The translations under genes and the position numbers were made by a program. This document shows, piece by piece, positions 47,335 through 55,740 of a DNA stretch of 64,000 bases; position 1 is the first letter of the stretch; every line of letters starts with the position of its first letter. The notes under the pieces are model-generated. The model was not told the origin of the DNA and ran no database searches. It saw nothing but the letters and a program-made list of their open reading frames with translations. Source of the DNA: Myxococcota bacterium (GTDB lineage: Bacteria > Myxococcota_A > UBA9042 > PHBI01 > JAWLBL01); the NCBI GenBank assembly GCA_041687695.1, contig JAWLBL010000031.1, positions 39,540 to 103,539 of the forward strand, given 5' to 3'.

Positions 47335-47682
47335 TCACGGCCCGACGCAGTCGTCTACGATCTCGCCCTCGCACGGGGTGGTCGAGCAAAAGGCCTCGGG
47401 GTGCTTCGACCGCCAATGGACCGCCTGCCGGCCCTTGAAGCAGTAGTAGACGAGGTCGGGCTGGTCGCGGACGGCCAGATCGCAGTAGCCCTCTTGCAAG
47501 GTCCACGCGCCAATCCAGAACTCCGAGTGGTCGTCCGGTGCGCACCCGAAGAAGACCCCCGCCCGCGCGGCGAGCAGGACGTCCTCGACGCCCTGGTCAC
47601 CATGCGCCGCCAGATGCAAATGGACCCGCCCCTGCCCCTTGTGCAGGGCGTCCTCGAACCCCTCGCGCGTCAATCTTCGCAA
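47335..47682 (-). pseudogene. Short, probably chimeric or degenerate ORF
   Basis: Protein-like 115-aa frame with TTG start; the two halves look unrelated; no family recognised. Confidence 0.3.
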
Positions 47683-47863
47683 CTCGGCAGCGCCTCCCCA
47701 GTCAGAGGGCGGACGTTAGCACAAGCGCGCACGGGCGTGCTCGGGTCCTGAGGGGGGCGAGGGTCGGAAAAGTGGCCGTGGGTCGGTTGATCGTTGGGGC
47801 GGGGTGTGGTCTGGTGAAGGCCTTGTCGAAACCACAAGACCAACCGAACGAGGAGGCGAGCCG

Positions 47864-48640
47864 ATGGTTTCGTTGGACTACGGCGACTATGCGACGTTGC
47901 CGCAATTCGGGGTGCGAGTGGGGGTGGCGTTCGGGCGCGAGCTGATCAGCGCGGCGCCGCAGGACGGGTCGGCGCTGGTGAAGCGGGCGCTGGATGAGGT
48001 CGTCGCGACCCATCGTGCGCTGGAGCAGGCCTGGCAGCCGGTGGCGAAGAGCGGCGAGGCGCCGTCCCCCAAGCAGCTGGCCGACCGGGGGCTCGATGGC
48101 GCCTGGGCGGCCATCGACATGCGGCTGGGGGCGTGGGAGCGGCTGCCGTCGGGTGTGTACCCCGAGGTGGCGCTGGCGGCCGAGGTGCGGAGAACGCTGC
48201 TGCCCGACGGGCTGGGCTTCACTCAGCTCCCCTACCGAGAGCAGTGGGCCGAGAGCGACTGGCGGGTGCGGCTCATCGACACCGACGACCTGGGCGAGAC
48301 CATCGAGGCGCTGGCCGGGCCCGTCTTCCTGGCCGAGCTTCGCACCGCGCACGCGCGATACGGCGTCGCGCTGGGCATCACCGAAGCCGCTCCCGACGAG
48401 GACGAGGTCCCGACCTCGATGCGCGACCACTGGCGCGCCTTCCGCGACGCCGTGAAGCAGTACGTGCTGCGCCTGTTCGGGACCCTGGACGAGACCGATC
48501 CCGCGGCGGTCGCGGCCGTCAAGAAGGCCGTGCGGCCCATCGGCAACGTCCGCGATGAGATCATGCGCGGTCGCGGGGGCGCGACCTCCAGCGCCGAGGC
48601 GCCAGTTGCGCCGCTCCCCGTCGCCGAGCCCGCAGGCTGA
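47864..48640 (+). CDS. All-alpha hypothetical protein adjacent to a tandem array
   Basis: GAGGAGG RBS, ATG 47864; LLPDGLGFTQLPY.EQW and AH.RYG.ALGIT segments; function unknown. Confidence 0.8.
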   Translation: MVSLDYGDYATLPQFGVRVGVAFGRELISAAPQDGSALVKRALDEVVATHRALEQAWQPVAKSGEAPSPKQLADRGLDGAWAAIDMRLGAWERLPSGVYPEVALAAEVRRTLLPDGLGFTQLPYREQWAESDWRVRLIDTDDLGETIEALAGPVFLAELRTAHARYGVALGITEAAPDEDEVPTSMRDHWRAFRDAVKQYVLRLFGTLDETDPAAVAAVKKAVRPIGNVRDEIMRGRGGATSSAEAPVAPLPVAEPAG

Positions 48641-48673
48641 GCGAAGTCGACCGCGGCGTTCGAACAGCGGCCA

Positions 48674-49011
48674 AGGTCCGGACCTCGGGAGACCACCTCG
48701 CGAGGTCCCCGGGCGAGGTCCGGACCTCGGACGACCGACTCATCCAGGTCCCCGGTCGAGGTCCGGACCTCGGACGACCGACTCATCCAGGTCCCCGGTC
48801 GAGGTCCGGACCTCGGGAGACCACCTCGCGAGGTCCACGGGCGAGGTCCGGACCTCGGTCGACCACTTCGCGAAGTCCTCCTCGGACCTCCAGAGGTCGG
48901 TCGACCACTTCGCGAAGTCCTCTTTGGACCTCCAGAGGTCGGTCGACCACTTCGCGAAGTCCTCCTAGGACCTCCAGAGGTCGGTCGACCCCCTCGCGAA
49001 GTCCTCCTCGA
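48674..49011. repeat. Tandem array of eight 42-43-bp palindrome-bearing units
   Basis: Units start at 48674, 48716, 48759, 48802, 48844, 48886, 48928, 48970; palindromes GAGGTCCGGACCTC, GACCTCcaGAGGTC, ACCTCGCGAGGT, ACTTCGCGAAGT. Confidence 0.93.
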
Positions 49012-49099
49012 ACCCGACCGGCCACGGAATGCGCTTGCGCGCGCGGGCTCGGCGGTGTCTTCTGGACGGCGACACCCTCCAGCCGACCCGGAGTCCGTG

Positions 49100-51049
49100 A
49101 TGCGCCTCATGCGAGCCCTCGCCCCGCTGACCGCCGCCGCCCTCGCGGCCGCCACCCTGCTCGCGCCGCCCGCCCGGGCCTGCGGCGGCTTCTTCTGCAA
49201 CGCGCAGACGCTCTCGCCCATCTACCAGGCCGGCGAGCGCATCCTGTTCGCCAAGCACGACGGCCGCACGACGATGCACATCGAGATCGTGTACCAGGGC
49301 GACCCGACCGCCTTCGGCTGGCTCCTGCCCCTCGTCGAGCCGCCGACCGACACCGACGGCAAGCCGCTCCCCCTCGACAAGGCGGTCTCCATCTCGTCCC
49401 AGCGCGTCTTCGACCTCCTGCAGACCCGCACCGACCCGATCTTCGGGGTCCAGAACAGGTTCGATGACGACGCCTGCCTCCCGATGCCCGACTTCGGCGG
49501 CGGCCAGGACGCCTCGAGCAGCGCCGACGCGGACGACTACGACCCCGGTCCGCCCCCGGTGGTCGTCCTGCAGCAGGCCAAGGTCGGCCCCTACGACGCC
49601 CAGCTCATCCAGGCCAAGTCGTCCGACACCCTGATGGAGTGGCTCGACGCCAACGGCTACGTGCAGGACCCCGCCGCCAAGCCGCACCTCAGCTACTACG
49701 TCGGCATGGGCTACGTCTTCCTCGGCATCCGCCTGCAGACCGGCAAGACCACCGGCGACCTCAAGCCCATCGCCCTCACCCTGGGCGAGGACGCGCCCTG
49801 CGTCCCGCTCAAGCTCACCTCCATCGCCGCCACCCCCAACATGCCGATGCTGGTCTGGGTCCTGGGCGACGGCCGCGCCGTCCCCAAGAACTTCATCCAC
49901 GCGGTCGTCAACCCGCAGGCCATCCGCTTCCCCGGCGGCAACAACTACCTCCAGGTCGTGGGCGCCGCCCTCGACACCGCCGCCGGCCGCGCCTGGGTGA
50001 CCGAGTTCGCCGACAGCGCCGCCCCCTTCCGTAACCAGCTCCTGCCCCCGAACCAGCGCGACACCACCGCCCTCCAGGCCGCCTCCACCCTCTCGGGCGT
50101 GCTGGCCGCCGTCCCGGGCACCATCGCCGCCAGCGACGACTTCCGCGACCTCCTCCGCGAGCTGGTCCCCATGCCGGCCGACCTCGAGGGCTACCCCTAC
50201 GGCAACTGCTACTACGACCCGACCCCGCCCGACTGGCGCCAGTGCCCCGACGACGACGCCGACCACGTCACCACCGAGGCCGAGTTCTACGGCTACCTCG
50301 ACTACTGGGCCGCCCGGGTCGACGAAGGCGCCCTCACCCTCGACGTCGACCTCGCCGCCTTGAAGCAGCGCATCGTCAGCGACCTCATCGCCCCGCTGGT
50401 CGCCATCGAAGGGCTCTTCGCGTCCACCACGACCCTCACCCGCTTCTTCACCGCCCTCGATCCCGCCGAGATGACCCGCGACCCGGTCTTCGCCTTCAAC
50501 CCCGCCCTGCCGCCCGTCAGCCGGGTCCACACGGTCCAGACCGTCATCAAGGCGAACGCCGACTGCGACTCGTGGGTCGAGGCCACCTACCCCGACGGCT
50601 CGACCGCCACCTTCCCTTGCGGAAACGGCTGCTTCGGCCAGCCCACCATCGGCCCGGTCGACGGCGCCCCGCCCATCAAGGTCCTGCAGGTCCTCGACGA
50701 GACCGGCGACCCCATCGACTTCGCCCCTTCCCAGGCCGAAGAGGTCGACGCCCTCCTCGACCTCGCCCTGCCCGGCCAGCCCAGCCTCCCCGCCACCTTC
50801 GAGCCCATCCCCCCACCCACCGCGCTCCCCGACGCCGGCGCCACCCCCGACGCCGCAGGTTCGCCCGACGCCGGCCCGAAGCCCCCCGCCAAGGCCCCCT
50901 CCCCCAGCAGCGGCTGCGCCTCGTCGGGTCCCGCCACGACGCTCTGGCTGGCCCTGGCCGCGCTCGCCGCCCTGCTCGCTCCGCGTCGCCGCGCTCGTGT
51001 CCGGGGCGCCCTCGGATGCCACTCAGGCCGCGCGCAGACGAGCGCGTAG
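49100..51049 (+). CDS. DUF2330-family exported protein with a MYXO-CTERM-like tail
   Basis: Signal peptide then ACGGFFC, QAGERILF, WL.ANGY, PLKLTSIAA, GRAWVTEFA, EMT.DP.F; C-terminal GC-hydrophobic-RRR. Confidence 0.85.
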   Translation: MRLMRALAPLTAAALAAATLLAPPARACGGFFCNAQTLSPIYQAGERILFAKHDGRTTMHIEIVYQGDPTAFGWLLPLVEPPTDTDGKPLPLDKAVSISSQRVFDLLQTRTDPIFGVQNRFDDDACLPMPDFGGGQDASSSADADDYDPGPPPVVVLQQAKVGPYDAQLIQAKSSDTLMEWLDANGYVQDPAAKPHLSYYVGMGYVFLGIRLQTGKTTGDLKPIALTLGEDAPCVPLKLTSIAATPNMPMLVWVLGDGRAVPKNFIHAVVNPQAIRFPGGNNYLQVVGAALDTAAGRAWVTEFADSAAPFRNQLLPPNQRDTTALQAASTLSGVLAAVPGTIAASDDFRDLLRELVPMPADLEGYPYGNCYYDPTPPDWRQCPDDDADHVTTEAEFYGYLDYWAARVDEGALTLDVDLAALKQRIVSDLIAPLVAIEGLFASTTTLTRFFTALDPAEMTRDPVFAFNPALPPVSRVHTVQTVIKANADCDSWVEATYPDGSTATFPCGNGCFGQPTIGPVDGAPPIKVLQVLDETGDPIDFAPSQAEEVDALLDLALPGQPSLPATFEPIPPPTALPDAGATPDAAGSPDAGPKPPAKAPSPSSGCASSGPATTLWLALAALAALLAPRRRARVRGALGCHSGRAQTSA

Positions 51050-51079
51050 GGCGTAACATGGTGTCGCAGCAGGCCAATC

Positions 51080-51565
51080 GGAGCGCGCAGGCTTGCTCGC
51101 GCCTCGACGCCGGCGGCTTGCCGCCGGGGCCTTGCCGCCGTCCCGGCGCAGCAAGCTGCGCCGAATCGGGGCTCCGGCAAGCCGGAGCACTCCATCCCGA
51201 CGCCCAGCGCACCCCGGAGTCCTCCAGCTTGCTGGAGCACTCCATCCCGACGCCCTGCGCCCCCCGGAGTGCTCCAGCTTGCTGGAGCCCCATCGCCGGC
51301 GGCTTGCCGCCGGGGCTGTGCCGCCGTCCCGGCGCAGCAAGCTGCGCCGAATCGGGGCTCCGGCAAGCCGGAGCACTCCATCCCGACGCCCAGCGCACCC
51401 CGGAGTCCTCCAGCTTGCTGGAGCACTCCATCCCGACGCCCTGCGCCCCCCGGAGTGCTCCAGCTTGCTGGAGCCCCATCGCCGGCGGCTTGCCGCCGGG
51501 GCTGTGCCGCCGTCCCGGCGCAGCAAGCTGCGCCGAATCGGGGCTCCGGCAAGCCGGAGCACTCC
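51080..51565. repeat. Cluster of three 114-bp REP-like elements plus two single-hairpin forms (186-bp tandem duplication)
   Basis: Full copies at 51080, 51266, 51452; 51194-51379 is repeated at 51380-51565; lies between convergent genes. Confidence 0.93.
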
Positions 51566-51594
51566 ATCCCGCCGCCCAGCGCGTCGGGTGCCGA

Positions 51595-52161
51595 TCAGCG
51601 GACGAGGTCGTAGGTCAGCCAGACGACGCCGCTGTCGAAGGTGCGGGTGGCCATCAGGCGCAGCTGGCGGGGCTGGAAGGGGGTGGGGATGAGGGGCAGG
51701 CCCGAGCCGGTGAGCAGGGGGTTGAGCTTGACCGTCAGCTCGTCGATCTGGCCAGCGAGCTGGGCGGCGAGCTTGCCGCCGCCGCACAGCCACAGATCGC
51801 GGCCGGGCCGGGCCTTGAGGGCGCGGACCACCGAGACCGGGTCCTCGGCGGTGATGCGCAGCCGGCCCTCGCGCGGGGCCAGCTCGCGCGAGAAGACGAC
51901 GGTGTCGAGCGGGGCGTAGGGGTCCTCGATGCCGGCGGTCAGCGCCGGGTCGTAGGTGCGGCGGCCCATCAGGACGGTGTCGAAGCGGGCGGGGGTCGAC
52001 GAGGCGCCGAGGTGCGCGCGCAGGTGCGCCGGCAGGGTCTCGGGCAGCTCGCGCGCCTGCGCCATGACGTGATCGCCCATGGGGAAGTGGTCGGCGCCGC
52101 CGTCGGGCGCGGCGATGAAGCCGTCCAGGGTCGAGGCGACGAAGTAGACGAGGCGTCTCAT
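51595..52161 (-). CDS. Dihydrofolate reductase / RibD C-terminal family protein
   Basis: ASTLDGFIA, LMGRRTY, LWLCGGGKLA, IDEL..P.L.G.G.PL motifs. Confidence 0.9.
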   Translation of the reverse strand: MRRLVYFVASTLDGFIAAPDGGADHFPMGDHVMAQARELPETLPAHLRAHLGASSTPARFDTVLMGRRTYDPALTAGIEDPYAPLDTVVFSRELAPREGRLRITAEDPVSVVRALKARPGRDLWLCGGGKLAAQLAGQIDELTVKLNPLLTGSGLPLIPTPFQPRQLRLMATRTFDSGVVWLTYDLVR

Positions 52162-52484
52162 GGGCGTCCTTGGGCACGTTGGGGAGCGGCGGTCTTAGCA
52201 GGTCGGGCGCTCGAGGGGAAGCGGGCGGGCCGGCCTCACGGCGACGCGGCAGGGTCACGGCGGTGACGGCCAGGTGGGCGCGGCGGGGGGAAGCCGTGAG
52301 CCGCCGCAGTGAGCCTGCCGGCCTCTCAGGGCCGGCGGCGGCGCAGGGCCTTGGCGACCTGCACAAAAAATCAAAAAAGGGGTCGTGACCTGCAGATTCG
52401 AACGATCGGGATGGCTACCTTCCCGGAACCATCCCGCGGGCCCGTTCGTGGCTCGCAACACCATCCCCGCCAGGAGACTCGACT

Positions 52485-53450
52485 GTGACAAGGCCTACCC
52501 TCGTCAAGTCGCTTCGCATGTGCGTCATCGGATCGATGATGCTCGGCTGTGGCGACTCCGACGCAAAGCAGGATCGGTGCAGAGACGACGCCGCGGACGC
52601 CGAATGTGGCGACTCGGACACCCACGAGGAAGACGTTCACGAGGAAGACGGCGCCCACGAGGAGGACGGCGGCGAGAGCGACACGACGCCGGACGCCGAC
52701 ACCGAGGACTCGGGGCCGGGCGAGACCGACGGCGGCCCCGAGCCCGAGGCCATCGAGGTGTGCAACGACACGTGGGAGGGCCCAGGCCTTCAGCCCCAGG
52801 AGGGCGTCACGACGGTCCTGCCCCTGTTCGATCTCGACGAGGGCCAGTTCATCGAGCTGGACGGACCTTCGCGCATCATCGTGTATGGGGTCGGCGGCTG
52901 CACCTTCCATGCGGCGCCAGGGCACTACGACGTGCGAATCGTGGACGACGGGGGCGCCCAGGACTGGGCCGAGGTCGACCTGGCCGCGGACCAGACCGTC
53001 GCGCTGGCGGTCCACGGCTCGGACGCCGACCCGCGGGCGCTGGTCGTGCCGGTGGACGTCTCGGTCCCGGACACCGGCTTCTGGCGGGGGATCTTCATCA
53101 ACCTGGCGAGGGACAACGTCGAGGGCGAGATCGACATCTACACCTACGATCCCGCCATCAACACGCCCCAAGGCTCGCCCAAGCTGCTCGCCGGCGGGCT
53201 GAGCTTCGGAGACGTCGCCACCGTCGACGTCCCGCCCCGCTCCCTCGTCTACGAGTTCCAGCCGACCGGGACGGCCCCGGATGGGCTGTACTTCGGCGAG
53301 CTGGCGGACTGCAACACCGCGAAGCTGGCGTTCATCCAGGCGATCTGGTGCGACACGGCAGAGGTCTTCGACGACGCCGAGGGCCCCTGCTACGCCCGCT
53401 CGGGCGGCAATTGGATGGTCTTCAACCTCGGCGGGGAGTCCTGCCTCTGA
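52485..53450 (+). CDS. Hypothetical lipoprotein with an acidic linker
   Basis: AGGAG RBS, lipobox LLGC-like (MLGC), Asp/Glu-rich tether, beta-rich C-terminus. Confidence 0.72.
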   Translation: MTRPTLVKSLRMCVIGSMMLGCGDSDAKQDRCRDDAADAECGDSDTHEEDVHEEDGAHEEDGGESDTTPDADTEDSGPGETDGGPEPEAIEVCNDTWEGPGLQPQEGVTTVLPLFDLDEGQFIELDGPSRIIVYGVGGCTFHAAPGHYDVRIVDDGGAQDWAEVDLAADQTVALAVHGSDADPRALVVPVDVSVPDTGFWRGIFINLARDNVEGEIDIYTYDPAINTPQGSPKLLAGGLSFGDVATVDVPPRSLVYEFQPTGTAPDGLYFGELADCNTAKLAFIQAIWCDTAEVFDDAEGPCYARSGGNWMVFNLGGESCL

Positions 53451-53710
53451 GGTGATGGACCGCCCCCGGGCCGCTGTAGAGCGGCTCGAGTCCAAGCGCC
53501 GTGGCGGGCACCTTGCTCGCCACGGCCGCTTCGGAACCGAATCCGGCCCGAATACGCATGGATGTGGCAAGTGCCACATCAACGACCGCAGTCTGTCGAT
53601 GGGCACGCGGCCGGGGCGGCTCTTAGCGACCGAATGCATCATTCGGCCAGCGCCGGCCGAATGCTGCGTGCGGCCAGCTCCGGGCGGTCGCGGAGCCTCG
53701 GGCCCGAGGT

Positions 53711-53746
53711 CGCGGCGTCAGGCCGCGCGGCGGCGGGCGCGGACGG
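53711..53746. repeat. 36-bp direct repeat identical to 54555-54590 (3' end of the DAHP synthase gene)
   Basis: CGCGGCGTCAGGCCGCGCGGCGGCGGGCGCGGACGG at both positions. Confidence 0.9.
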
Positions 53747-53774
53747 TGCCAGAGGGTATCGCACGACGCCAACC

Positions 53775-54245
53775 GGAATGCGCGAGCCTGCTCGCGCCTC
53801 GACGACGACGGATTGCCGCCGGGTACCCGCGCGATGCCCGGCGCAGCAAGCTGCGCCGAATCGGGGCTCCGGCAAGCCGGAGCACTCCAACGTCACGCCC
53901 AGCGCCCCCGAGAGCGCCCGGCGTCAAGTCGCGCCCTCCATCCCGACGCCCAGCGCCCCCGAGAGCGCCCGGCGTCAAGTCGCGCCCTCCATCCCGACGC
54001 CCAGCGCCCCCTGGAGTGCTCCAGCTTGCTGGAGCCCCATCGCCGGCGGCTTGCCGCCGGGTACCCGCGCGATGCCCGGCGCAGCAAGCTGCGCCGAATC
54101 GGGGCTCCGGCAGGCCCATCCCGCTTATAGGAGCACTCCAACGTCACGCCCAGCGTGACCCGAAGAGCGACCGGGACATCGAGTCGCGCCCTCCATCCCG
54201 ACGCCCAGCGCCCCCGAGAGCGCCCGGCGTCGAGTCGCGCCCTCC
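53775..54245. repeat. Two REP-like elements with interspersed ~51-bp tandem units
   Basis: Copies at 53775-53888 and 54013-54139 (the latter with a short insertion); repeated CGCCCAGCGCCCCCGAGAGCGCCCGGCGTC.AGTCGCGCCCTCC units. Confidence 0.88.
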
Positions 54246-54511
54246 TCGGAGACCTCGGAGAGCGCCTGCAGCCGGACGTAGGTCGTGGTGTCGGGCGAGG
54301 TCTCTTCGGTGGCGACGCCGCGGATCTGGGCGCGGAGGTCGTCCCAGTAGCTCCAGAGGCGCTCGATGGCTCCGTCGCGATCGATGACGAAGACCCAAAC
54401 GGCGGGATCCCCCGTGGAGTCGCGCCCCGTGGCCACACGCAGGTCCGCTACGGCGTCGAGGGCCGGATAGGGCAGCCGAGCGAGGAGGTGTTGGAGCTGG
54501 TCGGTGATCAT
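54125..54511 (-). CDS. Small protein, possibly minimal-nucleotidyltransferase-like; C-terminus reads into repeats
   Basis: DSTGDPAVWVFVI and YVRL..SE motifs; TGnTATCGT lies 6 nt upstream of the ATG (leaderless-type start). Confidence 0.55.
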   Translation of the reverse strand: MITDQLQHLLARLPYPALDAVADLRVATGRDSTGDPAVWVFVIDRDGAIERLWSYWDDLRAQIRGVATEETSPDTTTYVRLQALSEVSEEGATRRRALSGALGVGMEGATRCPGRSSGHAGRDVGVLL

Positions 54512-54561
54512 GGACACACGATACCAGAAGCACCGCGGCCGAGGCACCGCCCGCCGCGGCG

Positions 54562-55635
54562 TCAGGCCGCGCGGCGGCGGGCGCGGACGGAGGCGGCGAG
54601 GGCCTCGAGGACGGGGACGGTCTCGGAGAACCCCAGGCAGGCGTCGGTGATGGACTGGCCGTAGGTCAGGCCGTGGCCGCTGGCGCGGGCGGCGTCGGCG
54701 TCCTGGCGGCCGGCGACCAGGTGGCTCTCTAGCATCACGCCGAAGATGTCCTGGGCGCCGGCGGCGACCTGGTCGGCGATGGCCTGGGCGACCTGGGCCT
54801 GGCGGGTGTGGTCCTTCTGGCTGTTGCCGTGGCTGCAGTCGATCATCAGCCGCGCGGGCAGCCGCTGGTCGCGCATCAGGGTCGAGGCGGCCTCGACCGA
54901 GGCGCGGTCGAAGTTGGGGCCCGAGGTCGAGCCGCGCAGGATGACGTGGCAGGCGTCGTTGCCGCGGGTGGCCACGATGGCCGCGATGGACTGCTTGGTC
55001 ACCGACAGGAAGCGGTGCGGGTGGCCGGCGGCGCGGACCGCGTCGGCGGCGATCTGGACGTTGCCGTCGGTGCCGTTCTTGAAGCCGACCGGCAGCGACA
55101 GGCCCGAGGCCAGCTCGCGGTGGACCTGGCTCTCGGTGGTGCGCGCGCCGATGGCGCCCCAGCTGACCAGATCGGCGAAGAACTGCGGGGTGATGGTGTC
55201 GAGGAACTCGCAGCCGGCCGGCACGCCCATGTTGGCGAGATCGAGCAGCAGCCCGCGGGCGATGCGCAGCCCCTGGTTGATGGCGAAGCTGCCGTCCATG
55301 TAGGGGTCGTTGATGAGGCCCTTCCAGCCGACGGTGGTGCGGGGCTTCTCGAAATAGACCCGCATGACGACCAGCAGGTCGTCGGCCAGGGGGGCGGCGG
55401 CCTGGCGCAGGCGGCGGGCGTAGTCGCGGGCGGCCTCGGGGTCGTGGATGGAGCAGGGCCCGACCACGACCAGCAGGCGGTCGTCGTCGCCGCGCAGGAT
55501 GCGCGTGGCGGCGTCGCGGGCCTCGGTCACGACCGTCGAGGCCTCCTCGGTGATGGGCAGCTCCTCGAGCAGGATGGCCGGCGGGATGAGCGGGCGGAGG
55601 TGCTCGATGCGCAGATCGTCGGTGACGTGGAACAT
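54562..55635 (-). CDS. aroF: 3-deoxy-7-phosphoheptulonate (DAHP) synthase, class I-alpha
   Basis: GPCSIHD, RVYFEKPRTTVGWKG, GARTTESQ.HR, GFKN, DCSHGNS, YGQSITDAC; the aroF/G/H isoform cannot be resolved. Confidence 0.97.
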   Translation of the reverse strand: MFHVTDDLRIEHLRPLIPPAILLEELPITEEASTVVTEARDAATRILRGDDDRLLVVVGPCSIHDPEAARDYARRLRQAAAPLADDLLVVMRVYFEKPRTTVGWKGLINDPYMDGSFAINQGLRIARGLLLDLANMGVPAGCEFLDTITPQFFADLVSWGAIGARTTESQVHRELASGLSLPVGFKNGTDGNVQIAADAVRAAGHPHRFLSVTKQSIAAIVATRGNDACHVILRGSTSGPNFDRASVEAASTLMRDQRLPARLMIDCSHGNSQKDHTRQAQVAQAIADQVAAGAQDIFGVMLESHLVAGRQDADAARASGHGLTYGQSITDACLGFSETVPVLEALAASVRARRRAA

Positions 55636-55740
55636 GACGAAGCCTTTGGACTTCCGCTCGTGGAAGGGCGGCCCGGCGGGCGCCCGGTGACGGGGCGACA
55701 ACCCGGCCCGGTCCGGAGCGCTTCCCGGCGGGCGGGGCGC

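Noticed and set aside
48674..49011. CRISPR array or repeat-protein CDS
   Set aside because: No unique spacers; 43-bp units shift frame and a TAG interrupts the longest plus-strand frame.
50587..51692. Repeat-containing ORFs over the 51-kb and 53.6-54.2-kb clusters
   Set aside because: They are translations of the palindromic REP-like DNA, open on both strands, with no credible RBS or protein motif.
52350..52382. Sigma54 promoter near the A-tract AAAAAATCAAAAAA
   Set aside because: TGGC to TGCA spacing is 8 nt rather than the required -24/-12 spacing; the A-tract may be an UP element but that cannot be supported further.
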